DNA from: Setoptus koraiensis
Taxonomy: Eukaryota; Animalia; Arthropoda
Length of the DNA stretch: 64,000 nt
Reading direction: 5' to 3'
Assembly (NCBI GenBank): GCA_048013815.1
Contig: CM106586.1
Span: 20,150,001 to 20,214,000 of the forward strand
Shown: positions 1-11,627 of the stretch, in pieces
Layout: each line of letters opens with the position of its first letter
Position numbering within the stretch: the stretch's first letter is position 1
Translations under genes and position numbers: made by a program
The notes under the pieces: generated by a model
Told to the model about the DNA's origin: nothing
Database searches by the model: none
The model's input: the letters and a program-made list of their open reading frames with translations, nothing else

Positions 1-97
1 TCTGGTCTGTGCGGATAATTCGGCTCGCAGTGTGTGTCTGTGCGAGCAAGAATGTCAGCGACCAAATGTTGCAAACAAATTTTGTGTCGCATTCTTC

Positions 98-115
98 GTT
101 GTCGTTGCTGTTGCT

Positions 116-171
<56 letters not shown>

Positions 172-192
172 CGTTGTTGTTGCTGCTGCTGC
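98..192. repeat. (TTG/TCG/CTG)n microsatellite
   Basis: Directly visible trinucleotide run. Confidence 0.95.
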
Positions 193-318
193 AGAGCGGC
201 CCGTTAGTAACGGGCCGTTACAAATCGCCTAACTCACCTGATCAAATCGGGCGATATCAGCGCGTCAAACGGTTGCAGACGACGCAGCCGAATGATACAA
301 GCTCGCACTCGGACTTAC

Positions 319-613
319 TTAGCCGCGACGACGACGCCGACAACAACAACAACAACGACATTAACGACACTGGGCCATTAGCCGAGCCACTGTCGGCACA
401 TCCTCCCAATGCGGAAGTCGGGCACAACAATGAGCTAATCAAGTCTAACTGGTTCAGCACGCGCAACTTGCGCAACTTGTGCGCCGATCGCGATGTGGGC
501 GACTTGTTACCCGCAAGCCGCGGCCAGCCCGTACCGCGGCCGCCGCCGCCGCCCGCCGCGCTACTTGTTACGGCCGCGTAATGGGCCCCACGGACGGGCC
601 TAGGCGCCCCCAT
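319..613 (-). other. Candidate first coding exon of a minus-strand gene continuing left of the window
   Basis: Acceptor-like AAACAG at 672-667; ATG at 613 in GCC-ATG-G context; open frame to donor A|GTAAGT at 318 (phase 1), just after the hydrophobic LMSLLLLLSASSS. No recognisable domain. Confidence 0.3.
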
Positions 614-920
614 GGCCCGTGTGTAGTAACAGTTTGCGCGGGGGCGCTGTCGCTAAACTGGCTGCGCTGTTTATAATCACACACACACACACACAATGAG
701 AGAAATATTTACCACTTGCAACAAACAACCAGAAGCGACAGATCAAATGATGACTTTGCCCGCTTAAATGGGCTTATCTTGGCCCCCCTTTGTTTGTTCT
801 CTCGAGCCGGTGGCCTCGTTTGGGGCCGCTTTTCGCTGCACTGACTTTGTCTCGAGCTTATCAGTGTTTACACTGGCCACATTAGTGAAACAATCATTAG
901 GCCAGCGGCGCAGCGGCGGG

Positions 921-978
921 GCCAATTCTGGCCAATTCTGGCCAATTCTGGCCAATTCTGGCCAATTCTGGCCAATTC
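921..978. repeat. 10-bp tandem repeat (GCCAATTCTG) x5.8
   Basis: Exact units at 921, 931, 941, 951 and 961, plus a partial unit at 971. Confidence 0.95.
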
Positions 979-3427
979 GTTCGAGCCAGCGAGCCGGCCA
1001 AAGTCGCCCGGCTGGCTGGTCAGTGCACTTTGGCCAGCGGGCCGGCGGCTCGGGCGGCCGTGGCCGCCGACCAGCAACAAACGATACGCGCCGATATGCA
1101 GTCAGCGTCTGGCCAGTTCGTTAGAGAGATAACGCTCTGCGGGGCGACCTCTTTGGGGTGCCCGCTCGCGGCACCGGCACCGGTTGTCCGTGTCTCGCTG
1201 TGCGGCCCGCTGCCAGCCGCACAGCGAGCACGGCCCAGAACTCAATTGAACATGAAGCCGCTGAGCAGCTAATTGATCCATCCATCGGGGCCCCTCTCTA
1301 TTTATGCTCGTGTTTTGCGTGCGCTCGTGATTTGCTCGTCAGTGCACATCAGTGCTCAATTTTCGCCCGGCTGGCCGGCCCGTCCGGCCCCATCGAGCCT
1401 GTGAGTCGGTGAGCAGTGCGCCGTTGCAGTGCGCGAGTCGCTATGTATCGCGCTCAAGCGCGCAATTATGGATCGCAATCGATCTTATCGAGTCCGTCCG
1501 TGGCTGCCAATGCACACTGAGTGCGCCCCATTCCCCCCCCCCAAACCAAGAGATAAAGTGGACGATTTCTGGTGCCTCCGGAGCGAGCGAATAAAATTAA
1601 TCTAGTCTATCTAGTCACGAGTGGCTGTTTTCAACTGGCGCCGATAGGTGCACAGCACGCGCCGCCAGACATCCGCAGCCAGCGATATGGCAGCCGGCGG
1701 GTAGATGGGACGTGGCACAGCTCGGTCGCGGAATGGGGCCCGCTCGGATACACGCGCTCGTGGCGGGCGGCCTGCAGCGGGTGTCGGCGCGCTGTGCGGC
1801 CCGTGCGCCGTTGGCAGCGTGCGACCCTATGCGCGCCAGGTCTCGGCAGCGCGCGCAGCGTCAATTTTCAATTTTCGATTCTCGATTCGCGGCTCTCGAT
1901 TCGCTGCAATTCGCCAATCGCAATTCTCCATTTCGCCCCCCAATCTGGCCGCTTTCTAGCGTGCTCTGCCTCTCCCCGCGTCTGGCATTCTTTATCCGCG
2001 CTCGCCATGTCTGCGGGCCCCACACACTGGCGGGCCCGCACACTGGCGGCCACCCGCACTAATAGGCACACACAAACTCGCACGCCCGCTCAGGAGATGT
2101 CGAGTCGCGCGAGAAGAATGCCAGCTCTGGGCGCTCATCCCCGCCAGCAACGCGAGCACCGCCAGCAACGCGAGCGCCCCCAACGACGCGAGCGCCGCCG
2201 ACTCTGCGCCGGGACCCCGTCTCGCCGAGAGGGCGCCCCGATTCAAATTGCTACTTGAGTGATGATATTTGTATAATGCACGCGTGATTGTGCGTGCGTC
2301 TCGCCAGTCGCCCGGCGCGAGTTGGCCCGCCGAAAGCATCATCGATTTCGGCGGCGGCGGCCGGCGCTGGTAAAAACCTTTCGGCTGCGCTGGCGCCACC
2401 GGCGGCGCCCAAGCGAAAGGGCGAAAGGGGACCCGCAACAACAAAGGGATATGATCATCATTTCAATGAGATCATTCAGAGCCGAGTGAGTGTATATTGT
2501 GTTGTTGCGATTCAATTGAATCATTTCGGGCCAGCTCCGAATCTGCGCCGGGCCGCATACAGCCGGGCCGCATAGAGCCGCGCCGCATAGAGCCGCGCCA
2601 GCCCGCTACTCGCAGTGCCCGCTCTCTGCAGCATAGAGTCTATACTATCTCTTTACATAATAAATATTACATAACATATGCTGCGGAGGAGCAATTTTAA
2701 ATTTGAAATTGTAAATTTGATACACGTTGTTGCTCGCTTGCCGGCGCGCCACGACCGCCCCCTGCAAGTGCGCGACTTGCCACCCGAACAGCCCGGCGTA
2801 AGTAGATAGTTGCGGGCCGGGCCGGGCCAGTTGATAATCGCGCGCGCGCGCCCCAGCTATTGACTCGCCGATGTGCCAGTTGCAATTGGGGGGGGGGGCG
2901 CCGCTGCCGAATTGCACTCGCCCGGCAGCAGCAGCAGCCAATTCGAGGGGGCCCCTCGGAATTGTCTCCCATAGTGTGTGTGTATCAACTGGCGCCGCGC
3001 CGGGCCTGGTAATAACTCGCTACATGCAACTTATGCACGACGCGGGCATCTCCGAACGGCCGGCCAGCACGCGCACATGCATATGCAAACGCACACACGC
3101 ACGACAAATAAACAGATGGATATCAGAGTGGCCAATATGAGCTCGTGGCAAACGCGCTTTGGGCCAAGATGTTTGCCACGAGCTTGCGTTGGCCGCTCCG
3201 ATCCATGGCGCGCCGCTGACCTGCAGCCTAGGAAAAGCCCAAGCAGCCGAGCGGAGTGCATAGCGACATTCGCGCACTCCGCTGGCGCTTGGCGCACCGA
3301 GTGCGCCAGATATCAATCTAATCAAACAAGACAATTGATGGCACCGATTGCCGCTCGATATCTCTTGCCGGCCATTTGCCGATAAACGGGCCCCGCTCGC
3401 TCGGGCAGCCGCACCCGGCGCCAGAAT

Positions 3428-3503
3428 ATTCAGCTTGTTCGGGCACATTCGGCTTGTTCGGGCACATTCGGCTTGTTCGGGCACATTCAGCTTGCTCGGG
3501 TAT
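3428..3503. repeat. 19-bp tandem repeat (ATTCRGCTTGTTCGGGCAC) x4
   Basis: Four adjacent units, the last degenerate. Confidence 0.9.
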
Positions 3504-5620
3504 GTTCAGGTAGACAGTGGCATGCTGAGCCCACTCACAAGGCCGGCATATTCAGCCAGTTGGGCCGGTCAGCTGATGATTGAATTTATTTTGTTTAGTT
3601 GCTTGTTTATTGTTGGTCGTGCCAGAGGGGGCGCCCAAACGAATTGAAACGGTCCGCTGCGACCCGGACTCGACTGCCGCTCGCCACAGGCTCACGGGCC
3701 AGCGATTAGGGCCCGCTGCAAAGCGATTGGCCGACATGCTATCGAGCAGCCAGAATACCATCGTAGTGGCGCCAATATCCAACTAGCTGCTGCTGCCTTG
3801 TATGTGAGACACACATTGTGATATCGGGCGCGATTTTGGCCAGATATAGCGCCCAGATAAGGGGCCCTCTGGTGTCTCTATAAACTGTTCCCGTGACACT
3901 GGCAATAACGACTCTCATCAGACGCGTTGGGGCCAGCCGACCGACAAGACGGCCAGCATACCATTATCGACACGCTCTGGCGCTGGCCAGAGTCTCTTAT
4001 TTTTATCTCTCGTTGTGCACAATCGCCGCTCCCTGCACAACTCTTGTCCGGGCAACTTTTGGCCGGAGTTGGGCCCCGAAAGCCGGACAACACAACACAA
4101 CACACGCCATAGTGGCTGTAAAATCCTCTCTAATCCCGTGTGATTATTATTCTCTTAATTTGGTTGGATCCTCAATCTTATCGTATCACATATATCTTAT
4201 CGTGCGATGCGCCATGGTGATTGCGCCACATTTATATATATTCCATAATATTTTTTTTTTCTTCTTCTTCTCTTCTTTGGACAACGTGTATAACGTTACA
4301 TAAATCGGGCTCTTTGTCACAAGTGCACACGCTGAATATAATATATAGCTCTCATTGAATAACAACGACTTGCCATCTTGAGATGTATTATGCAACCCAA
4401 AGCCACAATAATGCGGCCCGCTCACGACAAGTGCAGCGGCCCTCCGGAAGTGGCCGTGCCCCGTCCTGCGGGGGTGTGGCCGCGTCAGAGCTGCTGCCGC
4501 CGCTGTTTTATGCACTGACTGCACGCAAAAGTATATATATTTTCGTATACAAGTGTATGTATTTTTGATATATTTTTTTGGATATTTTTGGTATATGCGT
4601 GTACCAAATGTATATTTCATACATTTGGTGTATTGGCGTCATACACATGTATATTTCATGTATTTATATAAAATATAAAGCGCGTAAACAGAGTCGTCGA
4701 CACGGCCGCCTGGCGGCCACATAGCGCCACCGGCCGTCCAGTGGCGAGATGTGTTTTTTGTTGGCTGTCGTCCATTTTGATTTATTATACCGCTCGGCGC
4801 GCTGTAATGGGCACGCGCCAGTTGGACGAGTTTGCCAGTGTCCGGCTCACCGTTACTTCTGGCCTCACTTCTGGCGTTACTTCTGACACACACACTGCGA
4901 GAAAGTGGCCCCTGCGACGATAGAATCCATTACGTAACAAACCGCAACAACGGTACCTCTCAACACCGAGCGAGCGAGCGAGCGAGCGGCCGGCCGGCCG
5001 GCAGCTCGCAAACGGCAGCAAATAGCAACAGCACAACAGTTTGTGATTTCGGCCAACTCACTGGCCATCGATAATTGCTAGTTGGTCGGGCGCCCGGCAG
5101 CGCTAATGGTGCTGCCGGCCACTGACCACTGTGCGCTGACCGCTCGCTCATGTCCGTAGCTCCGGCATTATTAATAATTTTTCCCTCTGCCCGCTCTCTG
5201 CCCCGTGCGCGCGTCTCGCTCCCGCGTGCGCCCGTTACTCGCTCGCCCGTGCGCTCCCGATCTCCCGTGCGCCGCCTTGTCCGCCCGCGCCTCCCGCATT
5301 GCAAGCGGCCGGCGGTGAGCCAGCTTGCGCAACTGTCACCGCTATTGTCGGGCGCATCGTCGAGTGCCGTCGGGCCGGCCCAGTTCCGCTTGCTCGATAT
5401 TGTGGCTTATGCGCGAGCTAGCTCGCACAAATGATTAGGCACAGATGCCGGCAGCGGCCACAACAGCGCCAGCGACAACAGAGACACAGACAAAACAACA
5501 AAAACAACAACGCGGGCCCCAATCGAGCGAATTGAACGAGCGAAAATTTTGCGCTACTCAAGTCCGTTGTTGAGTTGGCTTCTTGTCGGGCGCGCTGTTG
5601 TCGTCGCTGGCATGGTCGTG

Positions 5621-5701
5621 GTCGTTGTCGTCGTTGTTGTTGTTGTTGTTGTTGTTGTCGTCGTGGTCGTTGTCGTAGTTGTTGTTGTTGTTGTTGTTGT
5701 G
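5621..5701. repeat. (GTT/GTC)n microsatellite
   Basis: Directly visible. Confidence 0.95.
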
Positions 5702-6638
5702 CACAGACAAATATTTGTTGTTGTCGCGTCACATTAGCCTGGCGAGCGGCGGCCGGGCCAACAACGTAGACAAACAACAATGCAACGGTCGGCGGAACTT
5801 GTTAAATTTGAGATGGGTTTGTCCCAAAATGGCTAGACGCTGGCACAGTGTGCCGCCCGGGTTTCGCGCGTACGCCAGTGGGCGCAGTTTGCCGGCCCCA
5901 CCGACACAAATAACACTCCTGTGCTGTGTTGACAATTCGCCACCGGGCCCCATTTATTGGCTCCCCAACGCGCGCTTCTTTTTTCGGGCGCCTCATTTTT
6001 GTTTGGCTGGCACAGTGGCGAGCGCCAGTTGTTATTTGTTGTGGGGCGACTTGTGTGTAACTCGTCGTCTTGTCTTGCCTTGCTCTGGCCCGCTACTGGC
6101 CCCATCCGCCGCCGCCGCGTGCGTGTGCGTGTGTATCAATAGGTCGCAAGCTTGCCAGCGAACACACACACAATCCATGTTTGTTTGTGTGTGCGTGTTT
6201 GCTAACACGTGAAATTGTTGTCAATTGGCAACAACTTTTTCCCGTTGGCTCGCCCGCGATCGTTGAATTGCGTCTGCCGATTGTCGCGCCAACACAACTG
6301 ACAATCGTCGCAACAATTCCCTGCCTTCGCAGCCATTCTTTTGCGCGATTCTTTGCGCGATTCTTTGCGCGATTCTTGTGAGCAATTCCTGTGAGCACAA
6401 TCGCAATTGCGTCTTGTGCGCCACGAGCTGCCAGGGCACCTAGCGACCAGCGCGCGCGGCCATCCGCGCCAGTCTCGAGCGCGCACCGATCCGCGCCTGT
6501 CTCGGGCGCGCTCGTCCCGCAAGCCGCAGATTGTTCAATTTCAATCAAAATCGGCTATTCTGTTTACTGGTGCCCGCGCATTCGCAGGCCCCATTAGGCT
6601 CCGCTGGCCGTGTGCGCGGCGCCCACCGCCACAGGGCC

Positions 6639-6731
6639 CACAGTGTCATTATGCACAGCGTTATTATGCACAGCGTTATTATGCACAGCGTTGTTATGCA
6701 CAGTGTTATTATGCACAGTGTTATTATGCAC
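6639..6731. repeat. 15-bp tandem repeat (CACAGYGTTATTATG) x6
   Basis: Six adjacent units. Confidence 0.93.
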
Positions 6732-7387
6732 GGGGCCCCGGCGGCACAATGAGCGGCGGCGGCGGCGGAGGCGCCACTTGATGGATTTAAATTTTGAGTG
6801 TTCGCGATTCGCCAACAATTAGAGGCCCATGTGTCGCACAGTGCGCCAGGCTGTATCGCAGCCAGCGATTAGCCGCTGATTGGCACGCGATTTTGATTTG
6901 GCGCTGCAATCGGTGCATCTCATTAATTATTATTCTCTGGCGCGTTGATTTACAGCAGCAGCAGCAGCGACATTGTCGCAATATTTGCGCCAATGAGCCA
7001 CCGAGCGACAATTTATAACTGTTGGCACATAGTGGCGCATGTGTGTCCGCTAATGGATATTTCATTATCCATTATCAGCTTATCAGCGGCAACTCTCATC
7101 AACTGCTCTCCCGAGCCCGTGGCACGCCCGCGCGCGACACGGGCCAAGGTGTGTCGGCGCGGCGCGGGCTCGTGCATATTTGCGCAATCGGGTTTTGTAA
7201 TTAAATCACAACTCGAATAGTCACAACCGGCCAACAGAAACGGGAGCGGCGGGTCCCGGCACGCGCACTCTGGCCATCGGACATAATGAAGCCACTCCGA
7301 GTAAATAATATACTGGCTCCAAATATAATTCAGAGGCGCTGCGCGTTGCGCCCTCCGCGCGGAATCGACACGGCGGGGCCGACAACA

Positions 7388-7435
7388 TGGGCCGACATCG
7401 TGGGCCGACATCGTGGGCCGACATCGTGGGCCGAC
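7388..7435. repeat. 13-bp tandem repeat (TGGGCCGACATCG) x3.5
   Basis: Directly visible. Confidence 0.9.
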
Positions 7436-10373
7436 AATATGGGGCAACAATGGGCGCATCGTGCCGAGTCTCGACAGTCGAGATTGCCTCAGCGGTGCGA
7501 GCGCGTGTAATTTTTGCGCACGTTTCCCGGAAATTGCAACACGTTTCCAAGTGTCGGGATCCAAGTCTTGGCATCCAAGACGACGGATCAAATCTGGCGC
7601 GGCGGCTCGTGAGCAAAAATCAATAATTAATATTAACGGCATGTGACTCTTTGAATGTGCCACTGACGACACCGACCCGTGCCACTGACGACCTGTTTTG
7701 CATGTTTCAAGGCGCGTTTGCGGCGATTATCGGCGCTAGGTTGGCGGCCGCGGCGCGGGGGGCGACTTGCAGCGGGCGCCAGTCGGTTATCGGCGCCAAC
7801 TTGCGCGGCGATCATCGTGCACGAGCGCCGTGTGCGCCATTGGCCGGCGCGGCAAATGGCGGGCCGAGTCGCGAAAGTCGCTAGGCGACAACCGCAATGC
7901 GACCCGTTGTTGTTCTCGTGCAATGTCAAGTGTATGCCGGTCATGTGCTGCGGCGGCCGGCCCGTTTTGCCCAATGTTTATCTATGATGACGTAAGATAA
8001 TTGGCGGCTTAATTGTGTAATATGTTGTGTGTGTGTGTGTGTGTGACTTATGCCTTTGTTGGATAAGCTTGATAATTGAAACGAGCGCTGTCTTTGTATG
8101 CAGGCACGCGCAAACACGCGCACACACGCACAGACCGCAGGCGCCCTCTTCGCTCGGCTCGCTCGTATTTGTGTGCGTGTGTGTGCGTGTGTGTCGCTTG
8201 CATAATCAACTAGCTAATCGCCCTCTTCTGGCGCGGATAAATCGCTTCTTCCACTTTGGTCAGTTGGCCAGCGTTTGCTCGCTCGCTAACTCACAACTTG
8301 TGAGTCACAAGTCCCCTTAATCAGTTGTTTGCCCGCGTTTGGCCGCTTGACCGCTGGCGCCCCCCCAAACCCCCACCCAAACGGCCCAACCCGCCGTTAG
8401 CCGTGGCCGCTAAATAACTGGCCACGTAGCTGAATAAATGAAGCGCGATTAGATCGATGTGTCGTCGTCGTCGCCATCGTGCGACCGTAATGCCATTACG
8501 GTGGCACGCCGCTCGCATTAGTATTCGGGATCGGGATTGGCGACCGCAGCCCGGCCCCCATTGTGGGCATTATTTCACGTTAAAGACTTGTCGCCACAAC
8601 GGCCGCTCGGGCCAAGCCGTTGCGCCGCCAGCCGGACCCGGCCGCCGCGTCTTGGCCGGGTCCCGTCTTTCGGCGCCGGGCGGTAACAGTTTGGTGTGAA
8701 ACTGTTTCAAGGGGCCCTTTCCACTGACCGCTGCACTTGATGACCGGATCGCCAAGTGAATGGTGGCCGCGTGCGTTCGTGGGCGCCCCCACTGATTGCC
8801 GCCCGTGATTAGCGGTGCCACTGGCGTACCCGGCCGCCAGTGGCGCCGCCGACTGGGTACCGTTGTTCGCGGCCCGCGACCCGCCTCGTTGTTTGTGGTG
8901 CGACTGTCGACCGACCGGCCGGGCCATTATCGGTTTGGGCCGGCGCGCGATTCACGGCGGCGTGAATTTGTGTAAATTTGCCGGCCCCGCCGCCGCCGCC
9001 GCTTATATGGGCGCCGCTCAAATGGGCGCCGTGTCTCCGCTGGCCAGCGCGGGCGCTTTGGGGCCCGCGGTCGGCTCGGCTCGGTGTGAAAGTGTGACTC
9101 GAGGCAGCACGTGTGCGCGTATCCACACGTCTAGACGTTTTTGCCGTTGTCCAGTTGTCGACATGTCTAAATGTCTGGCCAAGTTCGGGTTGGCTGGCGG
9201 CGGCCGCTAATGAGTTTGCTTTGTTTGCGCTGGCCGCCGGTGTCTGTGTCGTTTGGGCGAGCTCGGGCCGGCCAGCTCGTTACCTAGCGAGCGGTTGATG
9301 GGCAGCGGCGGCTGTAGCACGGGCCGGCACGGGCTAGCGGTGTTTTATAAGTGTTTGGCCGGGCCCTGTGAGCATAGCGGTGCACCGAGAATGACGGCAC
9401 ACTGAGTGTGGCGTAGCCCTGTGAGCGTATAGGGGCACTCGCGCTCTCTTGTCGGCGGCTCGTCGGCGGCGGTTGGGGCGCCCAAACGAGCGGCTCGAGC
9501 CAGCGTCGAGCGACTGTGCGCTGCCCATTCAATTGACGGTCAGCGAGACAATTGTTGTCGGCAAGCTCGCGCTGCGCGTTGTCGTGGCCCCATTGTGTGG
9601 GGCACCGGCTCGCCAGTGGCCGCATTTATTGGCTCGTGCTGCACGAGCTGCTCGTGGCGCTGGCGCGAGTCGTGCTGGCCAGCTCGCCCGGTCGCTTGTG
9701 GCGGCTCGGCGCTCGCTTGTGGCTCGGTCACAGGCGACACTGGCGGCGCGAGTCGCTGATCCGAAGACAGATGGAGCCTGCAAGGGGCCGCTCATTGTCT
9801 CGCAATTGGCCCGCTGGCCGTGCAGCCGCTCGCCAGTTTGTTAGTTGCTTAGGAGCTTGCGCAAGCGGGCCCCAAGCCAGCGACGGCGGCGCCACTGGGC
9901 AACTGGCTCGTCGGAATTGAATCAATTGGGCACACGAGCCGCCAAGAGGCAGCGACACCGACGCACGCAATGGGAATTAGATGGGCGCCGCGTTGTCTCT
10001 GTCGTTCGCCAGTTCGATTAATCACACGGATTGATTCTGGCGGTGGCGGCCCCACTGGCTGGCGCTGCAATTTCGCCAAAGCAAGGGCCCCAAAGTTGAT
10101 TTGGCGCCGGGCCGGGCCCCGCTCGCCGGCAGCTAAGCGATTGTGATTGCCACTGGGCTGTTTATCTGGTCAATTGTTGAGCGGCCCGCCAGCCCAACAT
10201 AACAGCCCCAGCAGCCATCAGATGGATGGAGCGTCTCGAGCACCTTGCGATTGTTGGCGCCCTGCCAACAATCACCCAGCCCGCCGCTGCCAGCCAGCCC
10301 GCCGAGGGCCCCTGCGAGCCTCACAGTCTGTATAATGTGGCGGGCCTAAATCACGTGTCCCTTCTGGATATCC

Positions 10374-10470
10374 CTTCCATGTAGCGCTGCCGGATAAATG
10401 GGGCTGATGGGCGCCCCATTTATCCATTTATCGCCACCGCTACATGGAAGTGGCGCCACTTCCATGTAGC
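10374..10470. repeat. Nested inverted repeats including a perfect 32-bp palindrome (10439-10470)
   Basis: The palindrome is GCTACATGGAAGTGGC|GCCACTTCCATGTAGC. 10374-10386 pairs with 10438-10450 (13 bp), and 10392-10404 pairs with 10413-10425 (13 bp). Confidence 0.95.
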
Positions 10471-11494
10471 CACAGCACAGCGGCTAATCAGCTCGTCGGG
10501 CCCCAGGAAGAGCCCGGCGCTTGCCAGCGAGCCAGCCAAAGCCAACATTTGGCGGCCAGTATCGGGCTCGGTTCGTTAGTGGCCAGATTGCGCCCAGATA
10601 GCGAGCTCGAGTTTCGCTAGATGCTCGCTACTGTATTATTTGTCGCTCTGCGCCCTGTTTATATCCGTGTGCCGCCGGGCGCGTGTTTCTTGGGCGCGCG
10701 GCACGCTCGGGCGCAGCGCGCCGCCTGCCGCTGCAATCCGATCCGGGTCGCGCGATCGGGCAGCCCCGGGCCGCCGCTCGCCCGAGCCAGCTGTCCAGGC
10801 GCGGGCTCGTCGCGTTTGTCGGGCTACGCATCCCGCGCCAACCGCTGTCACTGGCGCCAACCGATCTGGCCCGATCGGCTGTGGCGCGGCCCGATCGGCT
10901 GCGGCCCGGCCCGGCGCGGCGCAGATCAGGTCGTCGCCAGCGTCGGGCGCGTATCAATTACAGCGCCCATGTGCTGCAGTTGTCAGCGGCCGTGTTGTTG
11001 TGTCAGCGATCGCAATTGATATTGCATCATATCGCGTCGCTCTTTCACGCGCGACGGGTATTATGGGGTCGGCGCTGATTAGCGGCGGGCATAATGGCCG
11101 CCGTCAGCTTGGCCTGTCGCCGTTACTGGCCGCCAGTGGGCGCGTTAGTTGACACGCCAGCCAGCCGGCCAGCCAGCCAGCCAGCCGGTCACACTTGCTG
11201 CTGGTGCCGCCGTCAGCTGTTAGCTTGGCTGTCAGCTGGCCACTGATGACTGACAACTGACAAATGTCACACCTGACAGGCACCAGCTGACAGCCGACGG
11301 CCAACAAATAGTTGTCACAGCGGCCGGCGTGCACAGCACACAAAGCTTCGGCGGGGGCGCCTCGCCAAATCAGATGGCTGCGACAGGCTTTTCGCCAGTC
11401 AGCACAGCCATTATTACATCATCTATATTTGTGTTGTTGTTGTTTTTTCAATCTGCTGCCATGCAAGTTGTCGCCGCTACTGTGAGCCGTTTTT

Positions 11495-11627
11495 GTTTTT
11501 TGTCGCTGTTGTCGTCACTGTTGTCGCTGTTGTCGCTGTTGTCGCTGTTGTCGCCGTTGTCGCCGTTGTCGCCGTTGTCGCTGTTGTTGTCGCCGTCGTT
11601 GTCGCCGTCGTTGTTGCTGTCGTTGTT
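11495..11627. repeat. (TTGTCGCYG)n / (TTG,TCG) compound repeat
   Basis: Directly visible. Confidence 0.9.

Noticed and set aside
9-581. Plus ORF with a Leu run and an RVKR furin-like site
   Set aside because: The hydrophobic stretch is a (TTG)n microsatellite; there is no recognisable homology and no IMP2 catalytic GxSMxP.
2467-2476. TGAGATCATT, the 5' end of bantam miRNA
   Set aside because: Only 10 nt match, the rest diverges, and there is no extended precursor stem.
3580-3786. Short ORF with signal-like start and KR sites
   Set aside because: No ATG start and no homology I can recognise; possible only as an unverified exon.
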